DNA of 63,885 nt, filler included, from Reclinomonas americana ATCC 50394 (lineage: Eukaryota): assembly GCA_048213135.1 (NCBI GenBank). It is 6 parts of 3 records of this genome, joined end to end, with 100 filler letters (N's around TTAATTAATTAA, not from the genome) between each part and the next. Parts side by side here need not be neighbours in the genome. Positions count along the whole stretch, not along the records: positions 36,393 to 51,011 come from PS015502.1; positions 51,112 to 55,292 come from PS015504.1; 4 more parts are not named here. One strand, written 5' to 3'. This document shows, one piece after another, positions 38,602 to 51,419 of this stretch. A program made the position numbers and the translations under genes. Every line of letters starts with the position of its first letter. The stretch's first letter is position 1. The notes below the pieces were generated by a model, which made no database searches, was not told the origin of the DNA, and worked only from the letters and a program-made list of their open reading frames with translations.

Positions 38602-39275
38602 GGTAAACCGCAGAGCAATGCTGGCGTACTCCTCGGCAAGTGCCGCAGCCACCGATGCCGGACCACTCTGCACTCGCAAAGACAAGTCGTGAGCATTTGA
38701 TCGATTGCTGATGGCGATACGCACACACGCATGTGATGTGTGTATGTGTGTGTATGTGCGTGTGCGAGGAAGAGAAGAGGGGGGCGGGGGGTGCACAAAA
38801 GGTCATGTTTGACAACATGCATGACGCGCAAAAACAAACACAAAGAGGACACAAGACTTTGAGAGGCCGAAAAATCGGTGCCCCGTGCAACGTACACATT
38901 GAGGCAGAGACACACAAACACAAAAACGAACCGGCTTTCCGCTCATATCTTCACAGTGTAGATAAGGATTCGATGATGACAAAGAGACATTTGTGCTCGC
39001 GNNNNNNNNNNNNNNNNNNNNNNNNNNNNNNNNNNNNNNNNNNNNNNNNNNNNNNNNNNNNNNNNNNNNNNNNNNNNNNNNNNNNNNNNNNNNNNNNNNN
39101 NNNNNNNNNNNNNNNNNNNNNNNNNNNNNNNNNNNNNNNNNNNNNNNNNNNNNNNNNNNNNNNNTCCCGCGCCCAATCAACGCAAACCCATCGGCCCCGC
39201 GCACGGCAAGGCAAACAGCAATCAAAAAGTGTGTGTGAGAGAAAGAGTGGTGTCTGTTTAGTGTGTGCGCGCTCC

Positions 39276-42200
39276 ATGGACGAAGTGGTGTTGTTGGTGT
39301 ACGAGTACTTGTCTGCGCGACGATGTGTGGACGCGGCATCGGCGTTTCTGCGGGAGACTGGGCATGATCGACGCGCAGTGGAGACTGCGTTGCGAGAGAG
39401 ACGAGTTGCGTGCTTCTCTCCTCCTCCTCCACTCCTCCTCTGTGGCGGCGGTGGTGGTGGTGGTGGTGGTGGTGGTGAAGAGTTGCTCATCGCAGTTGTC
39501 TGTCATGTCAGAATCTGCGACCGCCGCTGGTGACGCTGGTGGCGCGCTTCTTTGAGATGCGGCGTGAGCGCTCAGAGGCTGATGCGTTTGCGGTGGCGCT
39601 GCATCGCTTGTGCCAACCGGCGTCGCAGTCGACGTCGTCCACTGCTGCTGCTGCTGCTGCGGCTACTGCGGCTGCGGAGAGTGCTGCCGCTCGCTCGGCC
39701 ACCGTGCAGACGGCTGCTGTGGAGGCGCTGACTCGCTTGTCGACGGTGGTGGACGAGTTCCAGGCGCTGCGCAAGCTGTTTGTGCAGCAGTCGGTGTTGC
39801 GTCTTGTCGTGGTTGTCATGTGGAAGAAGGAGAAGAGTTGGGCGACTCATGATGATGATGATGACAGTGGTGTTGCGTCTGATTCAAGTTCGACGGCATC
39901 CAGTACGCGGTGAGTTCGTGTGCAGCTTCAATGACACCGGCAGACAACTCACTTGCAGAATCCCTGTTTGTTAGTGGCAACTCTGGTGCATCGTCGCGCA
40001 GCGCGGCTCGGTGTGTGTCGTGCGATTGTCTCTTCGTGGACGCGTCTGCTGTCGCTCACTGAATGGGTGATTGTTGCGATGCAGCGGAAACAACACAGGT
40101 GGAACCACCGTCACCATACAGACGTCGGGATCATCATCGTTGCGCTCTTGTCGACTGATTTTCGACCAGTGCGTCGCAACAGTTGCTCATCTCCATATCC
40201 CTTGTGTTTGTTTAACCAGTGCACCGTCTAGCGTGCGGCATACGCAGTTGCGCAACAGTACGAGTGTCTACTGCTGCACGCTTTTGTGATTCTCACGTGA
40301 TGTTGTGCAGATTGTTGCCACGAACGCCGTCCACTCCATCGTCGCTGTTGCGTTTTTCCCAGTCTCCCCTTACACAAGCCAATTTATGTATCTCTGCTGA
40401 CGTGACTCTTTGCTTGTGCGACGCAGAATCAACGATGGATACGCAACAACGTGCGTCTTGTCGATTCCCAGCTCGATTTTCACCGAATGCTGTACTCAAA
40501 TCGTTGCGCAGTCCGCTGAGTGCCACCCCATCGGGATCAGCTCGATCCTTCCCGCCTCCACCACCGCCGCCACCACCGCCGCCACCACCGCCACCATTCA
40601 TGTTCGGTAATGATCCGCTGGTGACGCTGCCATTGCCAGATCACATGTGCGTCGACGAGGTCGTCTCATGTCGCCCGTGCGGTCCGCTCACTCGCGACTG
40701 TAATTGTGTGCAGTCGCTCGATCGCCAACATGCAACAAAACAGTGTCTCAATGAGGTTTTGCACGCTTGCCCACCGTGTCTGTCACCAACTCATCCGCTC
40801 TGCTGACCTCTCACCGCTCACAGTTTTTCAAGCACACCGCTTCCACCACCCCCACCACTGCCCATGTCATTGTCGCAAACGTACGCTTGTTTCGACCGCG
40901 TCGAGTCTTGCGTGGACATTGTTGTGTGGCTCACTGGTCTGTTCGTTATTAGGTCATCACCGGCTCTTCGAAACACACCACTTTCGTTGCGTCTCATCAC
41001 GTTCATGTTGTACGCGCGTCTCTGTCTTCTCACTTCTTCTTGTGATTTGTCGCGCAGAACACCCCCACCAAGCTCAATGCCCGTGGTGTACACACCACTG
41101 CCGTCACCACACGCGAGGTGTGTGAAGTGCCATGCTTGCTGTTATTCACCCTCGTCACTCAATTGCGCTGTTGTCTGAGTGCAGTCAGTTTGGTCCGGGT
41201 ACCAGTGACACGCCGACCTCGCGGTCAGTGCCTGCGACTCCTCCTGCTGGGTGCGTCGTGTGCAACGTGCGCGTGATGTCATACCTCGGTGATGTTATTA
41301 ACACACTGGTGGCATCGCAGTCTCCCATTGCCACCACCACTCCCACCACCACCGTCAACCATGTGTTCGTTGCCACTGCCGCCACCACTGCTTCCGCCAC
41401 CGCCACCGCCGCCGCCCTCGTCGTTTTCCCCACCAGCGGTCACCTTGTTTCGTACCTTCCACCCCCCTGGCACACTTTCATTCTTTCATCTTGCTCACCT
41501 ATCCACACTCGCAGTACGGCGGAGATGCCGGCATCGACTACCACATTGGTGACGACCTCATCGACGACCATCGATGGCTCCATTTTGATTCGCGAGAGCA
41601 GGTGCGTGCGCCCTCCTGTTGTTGTTGCCGTCCCCTTTCTGACATTCGCACGTTTCCCCTCCAGTTCGATCACTGTGACCAACGAGACTCCAAGGTACAG
41701 CCAGCTGCTCAACATGCATCGTGACTCACAAGAATCACTCACCTTCTCGTTGCAGGGAGACGGAAGAGAGCAGTCGTGCAGCCGCGCAGGCGGAAGCAGA
41801 TCGGTTTGTGTTGTCTCGGGAGCTCGTTGAGAGGGGATCAGTCTCCTTGCTCACGTGTTCTGTCGCAGATTGTTGCAGCAGCGGCGGCAAGCAGCGGCTC
41901 CCGTTCGACCAATGGTGGGACGCACAGCGAGGTGTGTGTTGCCGTGTCGCCCCCCGTCATTGCACTGTGCACGGAGGCTAATACATGTCTGCAGCCGACC
42001 TCTGTCAGCCACAGCAGGATCAACGACAACTACAACGACAACTGTTACCCAGCCGAGGTAATTCGCTCTTCACCAGTGTTCGACTGCTGCGGCCCGTCAC
42101 TCACTTGCACACGAACTAGCGGCGAGGCACATCTATCTTCCCAACACGAGTCGCCGCCACCACCACCACCATCGCAGCAGCGACACCCCACGCCGTTTGA

Positions 42201-43209
42201 CTCGTTTCGTGTATTTCCGCTCGATCGCTCGCTTGCCTCTGTTTGTTGACTCGTCGCCTCCTCCTCCTCCTATCAGAATCCTCTCGCACACGCCTCACTC
42301 GCCTCCACGAAATGCGAGTGGCGCACATCCGTCCATTGACTCACTGTTCAGGTACACTCGTTGTATGTGTTTCCTTTTCACACCTGTGGTCTGTGACCAA
42401 CGAGATTTTCACGTCACGCAGCGCTCTGGAGCCAGGAAATGGGAGCGCCTTTGCCGAGCGTCTGGCGCAGCTGATTGAAGGCACACTCAGTAATGACTAC
42501 CACCCTGGCGGTGCGCTCTCCTGCAGATGGTTTTTCCTCCGTTCTCTTTTTTCTCATCGCATCACTCGCGCAGAGCCCATTCCCGACACGGTTCTCGACG
42601 ATTTCCTGGACATTGTGGTTGCCGAACCGGTGGCTGAGAAGACCATCTTTGGATGTTGCGCTACGCGCGTTCTTACTCTGCGGTGCTTTCGTCGACTCTG
42701 ACAGAACGGCGCCCTTGTATTCTTTGCATGCAGTGTTCGACGAGCAACTCTTTGGTGGTGTCGACGGGGAAGATGTGGTGCGTGAGGACGACGGGAATGA
42801 CGACGACGAGGAGGATTTCGACGACGGCCACATGACAGACGAGCCGACGTCGGATGGACCGGAGCCGGATCCCGAGTCGTCTCAGCCGAATGCTTCGCCA
42901 ACGCTACGAAAACGCACTCGAGCCGAAGTGGAGGCCGACGAGCGGAAACTTGGCGAGGAAAAGAGCGGCGGTATATCGTGGACGGTGGACGAAAGCCCCC
43001 CGCAACGACCACGCCTGGACTTTGCTCAACCGCCACCACCTCCACCACCACCTCCACCGCCAGCCCCATCATCATCGTCGTCTGAGGCATCGCCGCAGCT
43101 GCAGCAGATCGCTTCACAGCTGCAGGGCATGCGCAATGCCGATGTCCTCGCCTTTTTGCAGCGCAGCCGCGCCGCAACAGCAACGTCGACGTCTGGCAAG
43201 CCTTCATGA
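39276..43209 (+). CDS. LisH-domain, low-complexity multi-exon protein (possibly NPAT-like)
   Basis: N-terminal MDEVVLLVYEYLSARRCVDAASAFLRET (LisH), many small S/T/P-rich exons, and an acidic last exon ending at 43209. The internal exon structure is not fully resolved. Confidence 0.62.
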
Positions 43210-43254
43210 CAACTCTCTGACATCTAAAAATAGTAACACGTTTGTTTATCAATC

Positions 43255-44424
43255 ATGTCGGGAGACGACGATGGCCGACCTCGTTTCGTGTCACAGCTGC
43301 TGGACCCCGCCGTCCGCACTGTGCTGGTGATTGGCTGCGGTGGTGGTTTCGACTTTGTGCACTCCACACTCCTGTTTCCGCTGCTGAAGAAACACGGAAA
43401 GGCAATCGTGATTTGCAGCAACTCATTTGCCGATCTCGAGGCGCTGCATGTGGAGGGCGGTGGTGGCGGTGGTGATGATGATGAGGGTGCGCTCTTCATC
43501 CAGGACGGCGTGACCATCAAGCGGGTGACTGCGGAGACGCCGTGTGCACACAAGCATCTCTATAGTCCGGAGGTGCATCTGTGCGAGGTGCTCGACATCG
43601 AGTACCCCGACGACGCCCCCCACTCCCTGTATGCCCAGAATGCGCGGCACTTCTGCGTTCCGACGTTGCGAGCGTGGTTGCAACGTGTGATTGCCAAGCA
43701 CGCCGTCGATGCGATCTTGCTCGTCGACGGTGGCTCCGACTCGCTCATGAAGGGCGACGAGGACGGACTGGGAGATGTGATCGAAGACAGCGTGTCACTG
43801 CAGGCGGTGGCCTCGCTGCCAGACGACGTGTGCCCGGTCCGCGTGACGGTGAATGTCGGGCTCGGTGTCGATCGATACAATGGCGTCTCCGACGCGGCGT
43901 CGGTGAGTGTACTACTGCCGTGACGCTTCGAAGGCTATCGTGGCACTGAGTCGTCGATGCTTGTGCTTTTCTTCTTTCAGCTTCGTGCCGTGGCAGAACT
44001 GACCCGCGACGATGCATTCCTCGGCAGCATGAGCGTCGATCGCCGAGGCAAGGGTTTCGGATTGTACTCACGCGTACTCGAACACATGCACAATCGGCAA
44101 TCGTTCCGCTCGGTGGTCGCCTGCTCCCTGGCGGCGTCCATTGACGGTGCATTCGGCAGCGACATGCGGCAACACCCGTTGCTGGCGGACGCCGACCGGC
44201 AGCGCCACCTCAACACGTTCATCTGGCCTCTCATGGCCATGCTGTGGGGGTTCGATGTTCGCGGCGTGGCGGCGCGCTCCCTGGTCACTCAGTGGATCAC
44301 CGATTGCACCGATGTGCGGTCGTGCCACTCCACACTCTACGCCAAACGCAAGACGCTGCGGGAGACTCGCGGCGTCGAAGAGCTGCCACGCCACGCCGAC
44401 TTTGGATCCTCGTCGGATTGGTGA
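43255..44424 (+). CDS. DUF1152 family protein, one intron (~43903-43980)
   Basis: VLVIGCGGGFDFV, DAILLVDGGSDSLMKGDEDGLGDVIEDSVSL, VGLGVDRYNGV and FIWPLMAMLWGFD. Confidence 0.82.
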
Positions 44425-44434
44425 GCAACGAATT

Positions 44435-46168
44435 TCAATAAACAGTGCGCTGACCGACAATCCACTTGACGGCGGCCGACATGCGCTCCGCTGCGGCTCG
44501 CATCTCCACGTGAGTCAGCGGGTGGTGCGTCACCACTCGGAATGCTCTGGTGCTGCCGCCGAGCGGGCTGATCAGAACTCCAACTGCAGCCGAGGCCCGT
44601 GCCAGTTCGTCGACCGAGAACGGTGCCTGGGGAGGGAGGGAGGGAGGGAGAGAGGACAGAAGCTGCTTCAGCTCATGCACACAAACTGTGCACTGCAACT
44701 GTGCATTGCTGTTAAAACGCAACAGCATCTGCCACTCGGAAAAACACAATGTTGGTGGGTACACCACCGGCTGTTGGCAGCAATGCATCGTGAGTTGCAT
44801 GTGAGCTCACCAGAGAGAGAGAGAGACGTGCATGGACAACTCACGTGGAATGTGCTCCAGGAAGGGAATCATGGTCAGTAGCTTGGTCAACAGACGAGCA
44901 TTCTCGTGATCCTCCTCCAGCCTCCACGTCTGCGAGAGCACATGCACTGGTTGAGAAGGCACGGTCACAGATAGCCACGACGCCGCAGTGGATCCAAACC
45001 ATTTGTCGCAAAGCCAGCAAACCGGCAGCAGCCAGGATGCCGGCCTGTCGCATGCCACCACCGAGCGACTTGCGCACACGCCGCGCCTCGTAGATGAAGT
45101 CACGCGAGCCGACCACCACAGATCCCACAGGCGCACAGAGGCCTTTGGAGAGACACAAAGACACCGAGTCGGCACCGGCGGCCACCACATGCACCGGCAG
45201 ACCTGCAAAAAAACACGATGAATCAATAAAGTGTTGCAACAGTCCTCCTGCGCCCAGCGACCACGCACGAAGTGCGACAGCTGCGTTGAAGATGCGAGCG
45301 CCATCAATGTGGAACTTGAGTTGGTACTTTCGACACAGCTTCGCCACCTCCGCCGTGTACTCCACCGGCACCGCGACGCCACCGACGCCGGCCTGCAGAA
45401 TCGAGTCCGTGAGCCCATCATTCCGCTCCCCATTTCCCCCCGTGCGCCCGACGCAACATGCGTGGTCTCGACTGTCACCAACGACGTGCGTGGACAGTGC
45501 GGATCGTCGTCACGGATCGCTTCGACAATGTCGGGCAGTGGCATCGTTCCGTCACGTCGCACGTCAATCGGCCACGGATGCACACTGTGCGCCACCAGTC
45601 ACCTACACAGCGAGAAACACACTGCAGCATTCCATGGCACCGAAGAAACGCACCCGCCAAAGGCCGCAGCACTGCCGCCTTCCCATCGATAGATGTGCGA
45701 CTGCCGACCGACAATCATCTCATCGCCACGTCGACAGTGCGCCAGCACAGAACACACGTTTCCCATGGTCCCCGAGGGCACAAACAGACCAGCCTCCTTT
45801 CCCAGCATCTCCGCCGCTGCAATTGCACGCGTCAGCGACGCACGCAGACGGCGATCGGAATGCAGAATTTACCGAGAGCCTCCAACTCATTCACCGTGGG
45901 ATCCTCGCCGTACACATCATCGCCTGACACACACACACACACACACACACACACTGAGAGTCTGACTCACTGTGCTCACTCACTCGCACAAGCAGCGCGC
46001 ACCCACAGCTGCTGCGGCCATTGCACGTCGCATCTCCACCGTCGGCACAGTCACCGTGTCACTGCGCAAGTCAATGATACTATTGGCAACACTGCTGCTG
46101 CTGCCACCTGCCGCAGTGGCAGCTGTGTACTGCCACCGGCGACCACACACTCTCCACAGAGACAACAT
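44435..46168 (-). CDS. GLY1: Low-specificity L-threonine aldolase with presequence-like N-terminus
   Basis: [55 protein letters not shown] (PLP Lys) and GGGMRQAG. Confidence 0.93.
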
Positions 46169-46217
46169 CGCAGTCACTGTGTCCTGCGCGTGCGTGTGTG
46201 TCAGTGAGTGAGTGGCA

Positions 46218-49200
46218 ATGAGCGCAAGTGAAGCCGGTCCCTCTGTGCTGCCAGTGGAGCAGCACATGGACGAGGTGTTGGCCTCGGTGCGTGCGCGACG
46301 AGTGACGTGCATTCGAGGCGAGACTGGTTGCGGCAAGTCGTCGGTGGTGCCGCGACTCTTGTTGCAAGACTGGGATGCTGGTGTGCGCGCGCTTGCGAGT
46401 CTCCACTGTGGTGCCAGTAGAATGACATTGTGTGGAACAGGTGGCAATCGTCGTCGTGCCAACATCATCGTGACACAGCCGCGACGCATGGCTGCGGTGT
46501 CGTTGGCGCGACGAGTGGCTTCGCAGCTGGGCGAGGAGATTGGAGAGCGAGTTGCGCGTTGTGCGAATTGAGGGAAGGAAGGGAGTTGTCTCCTCTCTGA
46601 GCGTTTTCTCGGCAGGTTGGCTATTGCATCTCGCGCGAACGCGAGGTGGGCGAGCGCACGCAGCTTACGTTTGCCACTGTGGGCTGGTTCCTCCAGTTCC
46701 TCAGCCACCAGCCGCGCAATGTCGACAACTATACGCATGTGGTGTTGGACGAGGTCCACGAACGCGACTGCGATGCCGATCTGCTCAGTATGTTGTTGAA
46801 GGTCCGTCGGTGTTTTGCGTGTGTGTCTGTGTGATGGTGGCGCCGACTGACTGCATTGTGATGCGTGCCAGGTGTTGTTGCAGGAGCACAAGAAGGTCAA
46901 GCTGATCATCATGTCGGCCACGCTGCAGGGCGACCTGTTTTCGCAGTACTTTGCCGAGCTAAATGCGGACGGTGAGAGCGAAAGAGTTGAAGGGAAGCGA
47001 TGCGCGGTGTGCATTGTCTGTGCTGACAGCTGGGCACACCACACGCACATGCACACAGGGAAACCATCGCCGGCAGTGTTTGTCGGCGTGCAGCGGTACC
47101 CGGTGCAGGAGTTGTTTGTGGAGGATTTGGCGGGTGTGATCCCGCGCTTTGGTGGTCAGGGTCGTCGACTCGCACAGAATGTAGGCGACATGTTTAGTGG
47201 AGGCCGGGCACCCGCAGGCGCCGAAACCGCAGTCTCTGCTGCTGCTGCTGCTTCTGCCGCCGGCTCATCATCCCGAGTGGTCTGTGCAGTGCTTGCTGAG
47301 TGATTCGTTGCACTCAGCCTCCACCTTCTCATCATTTGGCGCAGCGAGCCGACATTTTCCCTGCCACGTACCAGTTGGCGGTGCACACGATTGCGTGCGT
47401 GTCGCAGTCACAGACCAGCATTTTGGTGTTTCTTCCCGGTTCCGCAGAGATCCTGCAGCTGCAGACGGCACTAGAGGACTCGTTTGTGGGACTCTATGTG
47501 TCGGAGACGGGCGTGCAGTTGGAGGTGATTGCGACTCGCAGTGTGGAGTGCACACTGTGCAATAACTAAACTCGTGTTTCGCAGCTGCTGGTGCTACATT
47601 CGATGGTCTCCCGCGAGGACCAGGATCGTGCATTCGAGGAGGTTCCTGCCGGCTGCTGCAAAGTCATCCTGGCCACCAACATTGCCGAGAGCAGCATCAC
47701 CCTTCCCGACGTCAGCTACGTTCTTGATTTTGGCTTGCATCGACACGTCGTGGTGAGTGTGTGGACAGTCGGCGCCCTCAGCTCTCACCAGGCTCGTGAG
47801 CTCACGCTCCACTCCACAGGTGGATCGCGAGAGGAAACACATGGCATGCTTGGTGAGCCGGCTTCCTTTCGCACATCATTTGTCACCCGTAGTCGCTCAC
47901 TTAGTAGTGGTGCAGATCAAAACCTGGTGCAGTCGCGCATCCATGACGCAACGCAAGGGTCGTACTGGTCGACTGGCACCCGGTTCCTGTGTGCGCTTCA
48001 TGACGCGGCAGTTTTTCGAGGAGTGCCTCACAGATTTTGACACGTTGTGTATTTCGCGCACCGCGCTGCCCATCGCGCCATCCACCGTGCATCTCACAGT
48101 TGGCCACGCAGTGCGGAGATGATTCGAGTGCCACTGCAGCAGATTGTGCTGCGCGTGATGCTGCTGTTCCGAGCATTCGGCTCGCTCAAGTCGCTGCTTG
48201 CGCAAACGGTGGAGAGCCCACTGCCAGAGGATGTCGATTTTGCGCTGCGCGAGTTGTACCACGAGGGGGCCATCACGTCGGCCACCGAGGAGGCGCGAGT
48301 GACGTTGCGTATTATGCCGCATGCTCGCAGTCACTTTCTCTCTCTCTCTTTCTCACTGGTGGTGCAGTGTGTTGGGCGAACTGGCGGCGCGCTTGCCAGT
48401 GGATTTGCAATTGTCGAAACTCGTTCTGCTTGGTCTCGCCATGGGCTGCGAGTGCGATGCGGTGCGTTTTCACTGGCTGGCGCGCACGTCTGAATCCACC
48501 ACTGGATACTCACTCGTGTGCTTGTGCGTAGCTGTGCATGGCCGCCGCACTGGCGTCGCAGGATTTGTTTCTGCAGCCATCGGCCCATTTCCTGGACCCG
48601 TACTCGCTGGCGCGGGAGATGGAGGCCAATCTGAAGAGTCGGATGCGATTCGACGGAGGCGTGTACAGCGAGGTGCAGTGCTCGTTGTAATGTGTTGGCC
48701 ACGCATGTTGATACGACCCTCTATAACTTGGAGGCCTCGCAGCCCATCATGTACCGCAACTTGTTGCGTTCATGGCTCGCCTCACCACGCAGTCGTGCTT
48801 GGGCTCGCGACCGTTCCGTGTCGTTTGAGCGCATCAGCAACTGTCACTCTCTGGTGGCCGACATGGCCAACACACTCCTCACGTTCCTTCGAGAGCAACT
48901 ACGGTCGGCGTCCGCCAGTGCCGCGTCTGCATCCTTCGAGATGTTGGAAGTGCTGTCCAAGCCGCCTCGTCGCAGCGGCGGCGGCGGTGGTGGCGGTGGT
49001 GGTGGCGGTGGAGGCGACAGTGACAGGCCGGCCACAAAGTTGACCTTCCAGAACAATCCGATGGTGTTGCAGTTGCTGCTGGCCAGTGCCTTTTCGCCGT
49101 TTTTCGTGCACGGCAGAGTGCGCCGAGATGCAAAACTGGAGCGACTGGTGCGCGCGCGCGTGTGTGTGTGTGCCCCTCTCGCGTCGCCCTTTGATGAATT

Positions 49201-49755
49201 GCACACTCACAAAAGGTGTTTTCGTGCAGGCGTTGGAGGCCGGAATCGATCCGTCACGCACCATCAGCTGTGGGAGAGTACCCAAGTCACTACGCGATCC
49301 GCCAACGTACTTGGCCGCACTCGAACGCATGAACGTTGTCTTCAACCAGGCCATCCCCGTTCGCGGTGATGTGATGGTCTCCGAGTGCGCTGAACTGGCC
49401 GACGAGGCTGCTCTGTGGGGCGAATACGCCGACGCAGCAGGTGGCAGCAGCGCGAGCGGTCGGCGATCGGCAGCGTCGTTGCGTTTGCGAACTGAATGCG
49501 TGCCCGTCGTCAGTGTGGTTGTACCCTTACCGCGAACTTGCATGGCATAGGGGCCTGGCGGAGCCCGTAGTACAAGACGTGCCGTTCTCTGGCAAGCTGT
49601 TGCGACAGCTGTTGGGTGGTCGCGGTGGGCGCCTGGAGCTGCCAGGTGGCCGCCGAGTTGTCGGCGATGACGTTGCGTGCTGCCTGCGCAACACACGAGT
49701 CGTTTGTGTGCACGATGAATTCAAGATTTGCCTGCGTGTATGTGTGTGCATGAGC
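46218..49755 (+). CDS. DEAH-box RNA helicase (Spn-E/TDRD9/DHX36-like); 3' end in gap
   Basis: GETGCGKSS, TQPRRMAA, DEVHER, MSAT, ILVFLPG, ATNIAESSITLPDV, QRKGRTGR and HA2 LPVDLQLSKLVLLG. Confidence 0.92.
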
Positions 49756-49869
49756 NNNNNNNNNNNNNNNNNNNNNNNNNNNNNNNNNNNNNNNNNNNNN
49801 NNNNNNNNNNNNACAACACGTGATGTGGACGTGAGGGACCGTAATCAACCAAAAAAAGACGCCCGCCAC

Positions 49870-51000
49870 TCACATCTTGGCAAATGCACGACCCAGCACG
49901 CCCTGTTGCTTGTCCTGCCCGCGCCATGGAGCCGCGCCTTCTCGAATCTCGTAGCCCTCTGCCGAGTACCGACTGCTGCTGCCTTCGCCGGCGGTGAAAT
50001 CAGGAGGCAGATCCTCCAGTTCGCTGTCGTCGTCGTCCGAGTCGGAGCCGTCGTCGGTGCCCGTAATGTCGGAGGCCTGCGTGCTGTGCGCGCCCCCGCT
50101 CACCGCACCTCCACTGCCCGACGCCTCTCGTTCATGTCCCGACGACGAATCACCAGTGCCCATTCCCACCGTGAGATGTGGCGCGGCGGCCGAATGGACC
50201 TTGGAAAAGCTCTTCTCGCTGCCGGGAGAGCCAATCGATTCCTCAGAAGCCACCGAACGCAGTGCTGACTGCCGAACCTGCGGGCTGTTGCTGACCAGCC
50301 GCTGTGGTGGTGGTCGATTCCGACTCGGTGACGACGGATCGCCGTCCGCCGTGGGTGTTGTCTGCAAATAGTGGGTTAAGACTCCTGCTGTCCTCTTCCT
50401 CATTACGCGGCACATTTGGCGCACACCTCTGTCATGCCACTTGGTCGCCGTTCTGTCACCGCTGCTTCCATGCGAAATGAGGATGCGGGAAGCGGCTTTC
50501 GCTGTTTCGACTCGTCCTCCAGCGGCAGCTCCACCTCCTCGAGGTCGTCTACCGAAAGGCTGCTCGTGGAGCGTGCGTGAAGGCTGGCCTCGCTCGCTGG
50601 TACATTGGGAAGGAGAAATTAGTCGTCTCCCATCGTGCATGTCGCAAAAGAGGCGCCAAAGTACCTGCTTTGAACTCGGCGCTAGCCACAAAGTCGTCCA
50701 GTGCAGGGGTGGTGAACGACTCTGACAGGTCGTCCTCTGTGCGCAACCCTTCTTCAGCGTCCTCGTCGGCAGTAGCGCCACCGGTTGTGCTCCTCCTGGA
50801 TGTTCCGTCGACTCCGGCGTCAGATTCAAATACGAGAACTCCGCTCTCCGTCACGTCCTCCTCGTCCTCGTCGTATGCACCACCGATACCTCCGCTTCGG
50901 TTGCTACGCGATGAGGCGGTGCCGTTGGGCGACGCTGGCGATCCCTCCACAAAGCTGTGCGTAAAGTTGGCGACTCGACCGACAATCACCGACGAGACAC
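49870..51000 (-). CDS. 3' fragment of unknown acidic Ser-rich protein
   Basis: Long open frames with D/E/S-rich content and a probable intron at ~50365-50440; no family recognised. Confidence 0.5.
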
Positions 51001-51111
51001 TGCATGCGTGCNNNNNNNNNNNNNNNNNNNNNNNNNNNNNNNNNNNNNNNNNNNNTTAATTAATTAANNNNNNNNNNNNNNNNNNNNNNNNNNNNNNNNN
51101 NNNNNNNNNNN

Positions 51112-51312
51112 GCCATGCAGCATGCAGCACCACCGCCACCACCTCCACCTCCACCGCCACCACCATCATCATCTTCGTCATCATCGTCATCATCAGCCGC
51201 AGCTGGTCCTGCCGCTGCAGCAGCTGCCGCCTACAATGGTCGCTACGGCGCACCGCCGGCTTCCTATCCGACAGGCCAGGAGCTCTACGAGCCCGACATG
51301 TTCTTCAATTGA
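51112..51312 (+). CDS. Pro/Ser/Ala-rich 3' end of an unknown gene
   Basis: Open frame from the gap edge to the stop at 51310-51312. Confidence 0.4.
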   Translation, partial: AMQHAAPPPPPPPPPPPPSSSSSSSSSSAAAGPAAAAAAAYNGRYGAPPASYPTGQELYEPDMFFN

Positions 51313-51419
51313 CTCTCCACCACGCTGCTGTCGCCCCCCAAGGGAATATAGTACGCCAGCTGGCGACCTTGAAATTTGAGCTTTGTTTCTTGTTTCTCCG
51401 ATTCATTGTCGCGCGAGAT

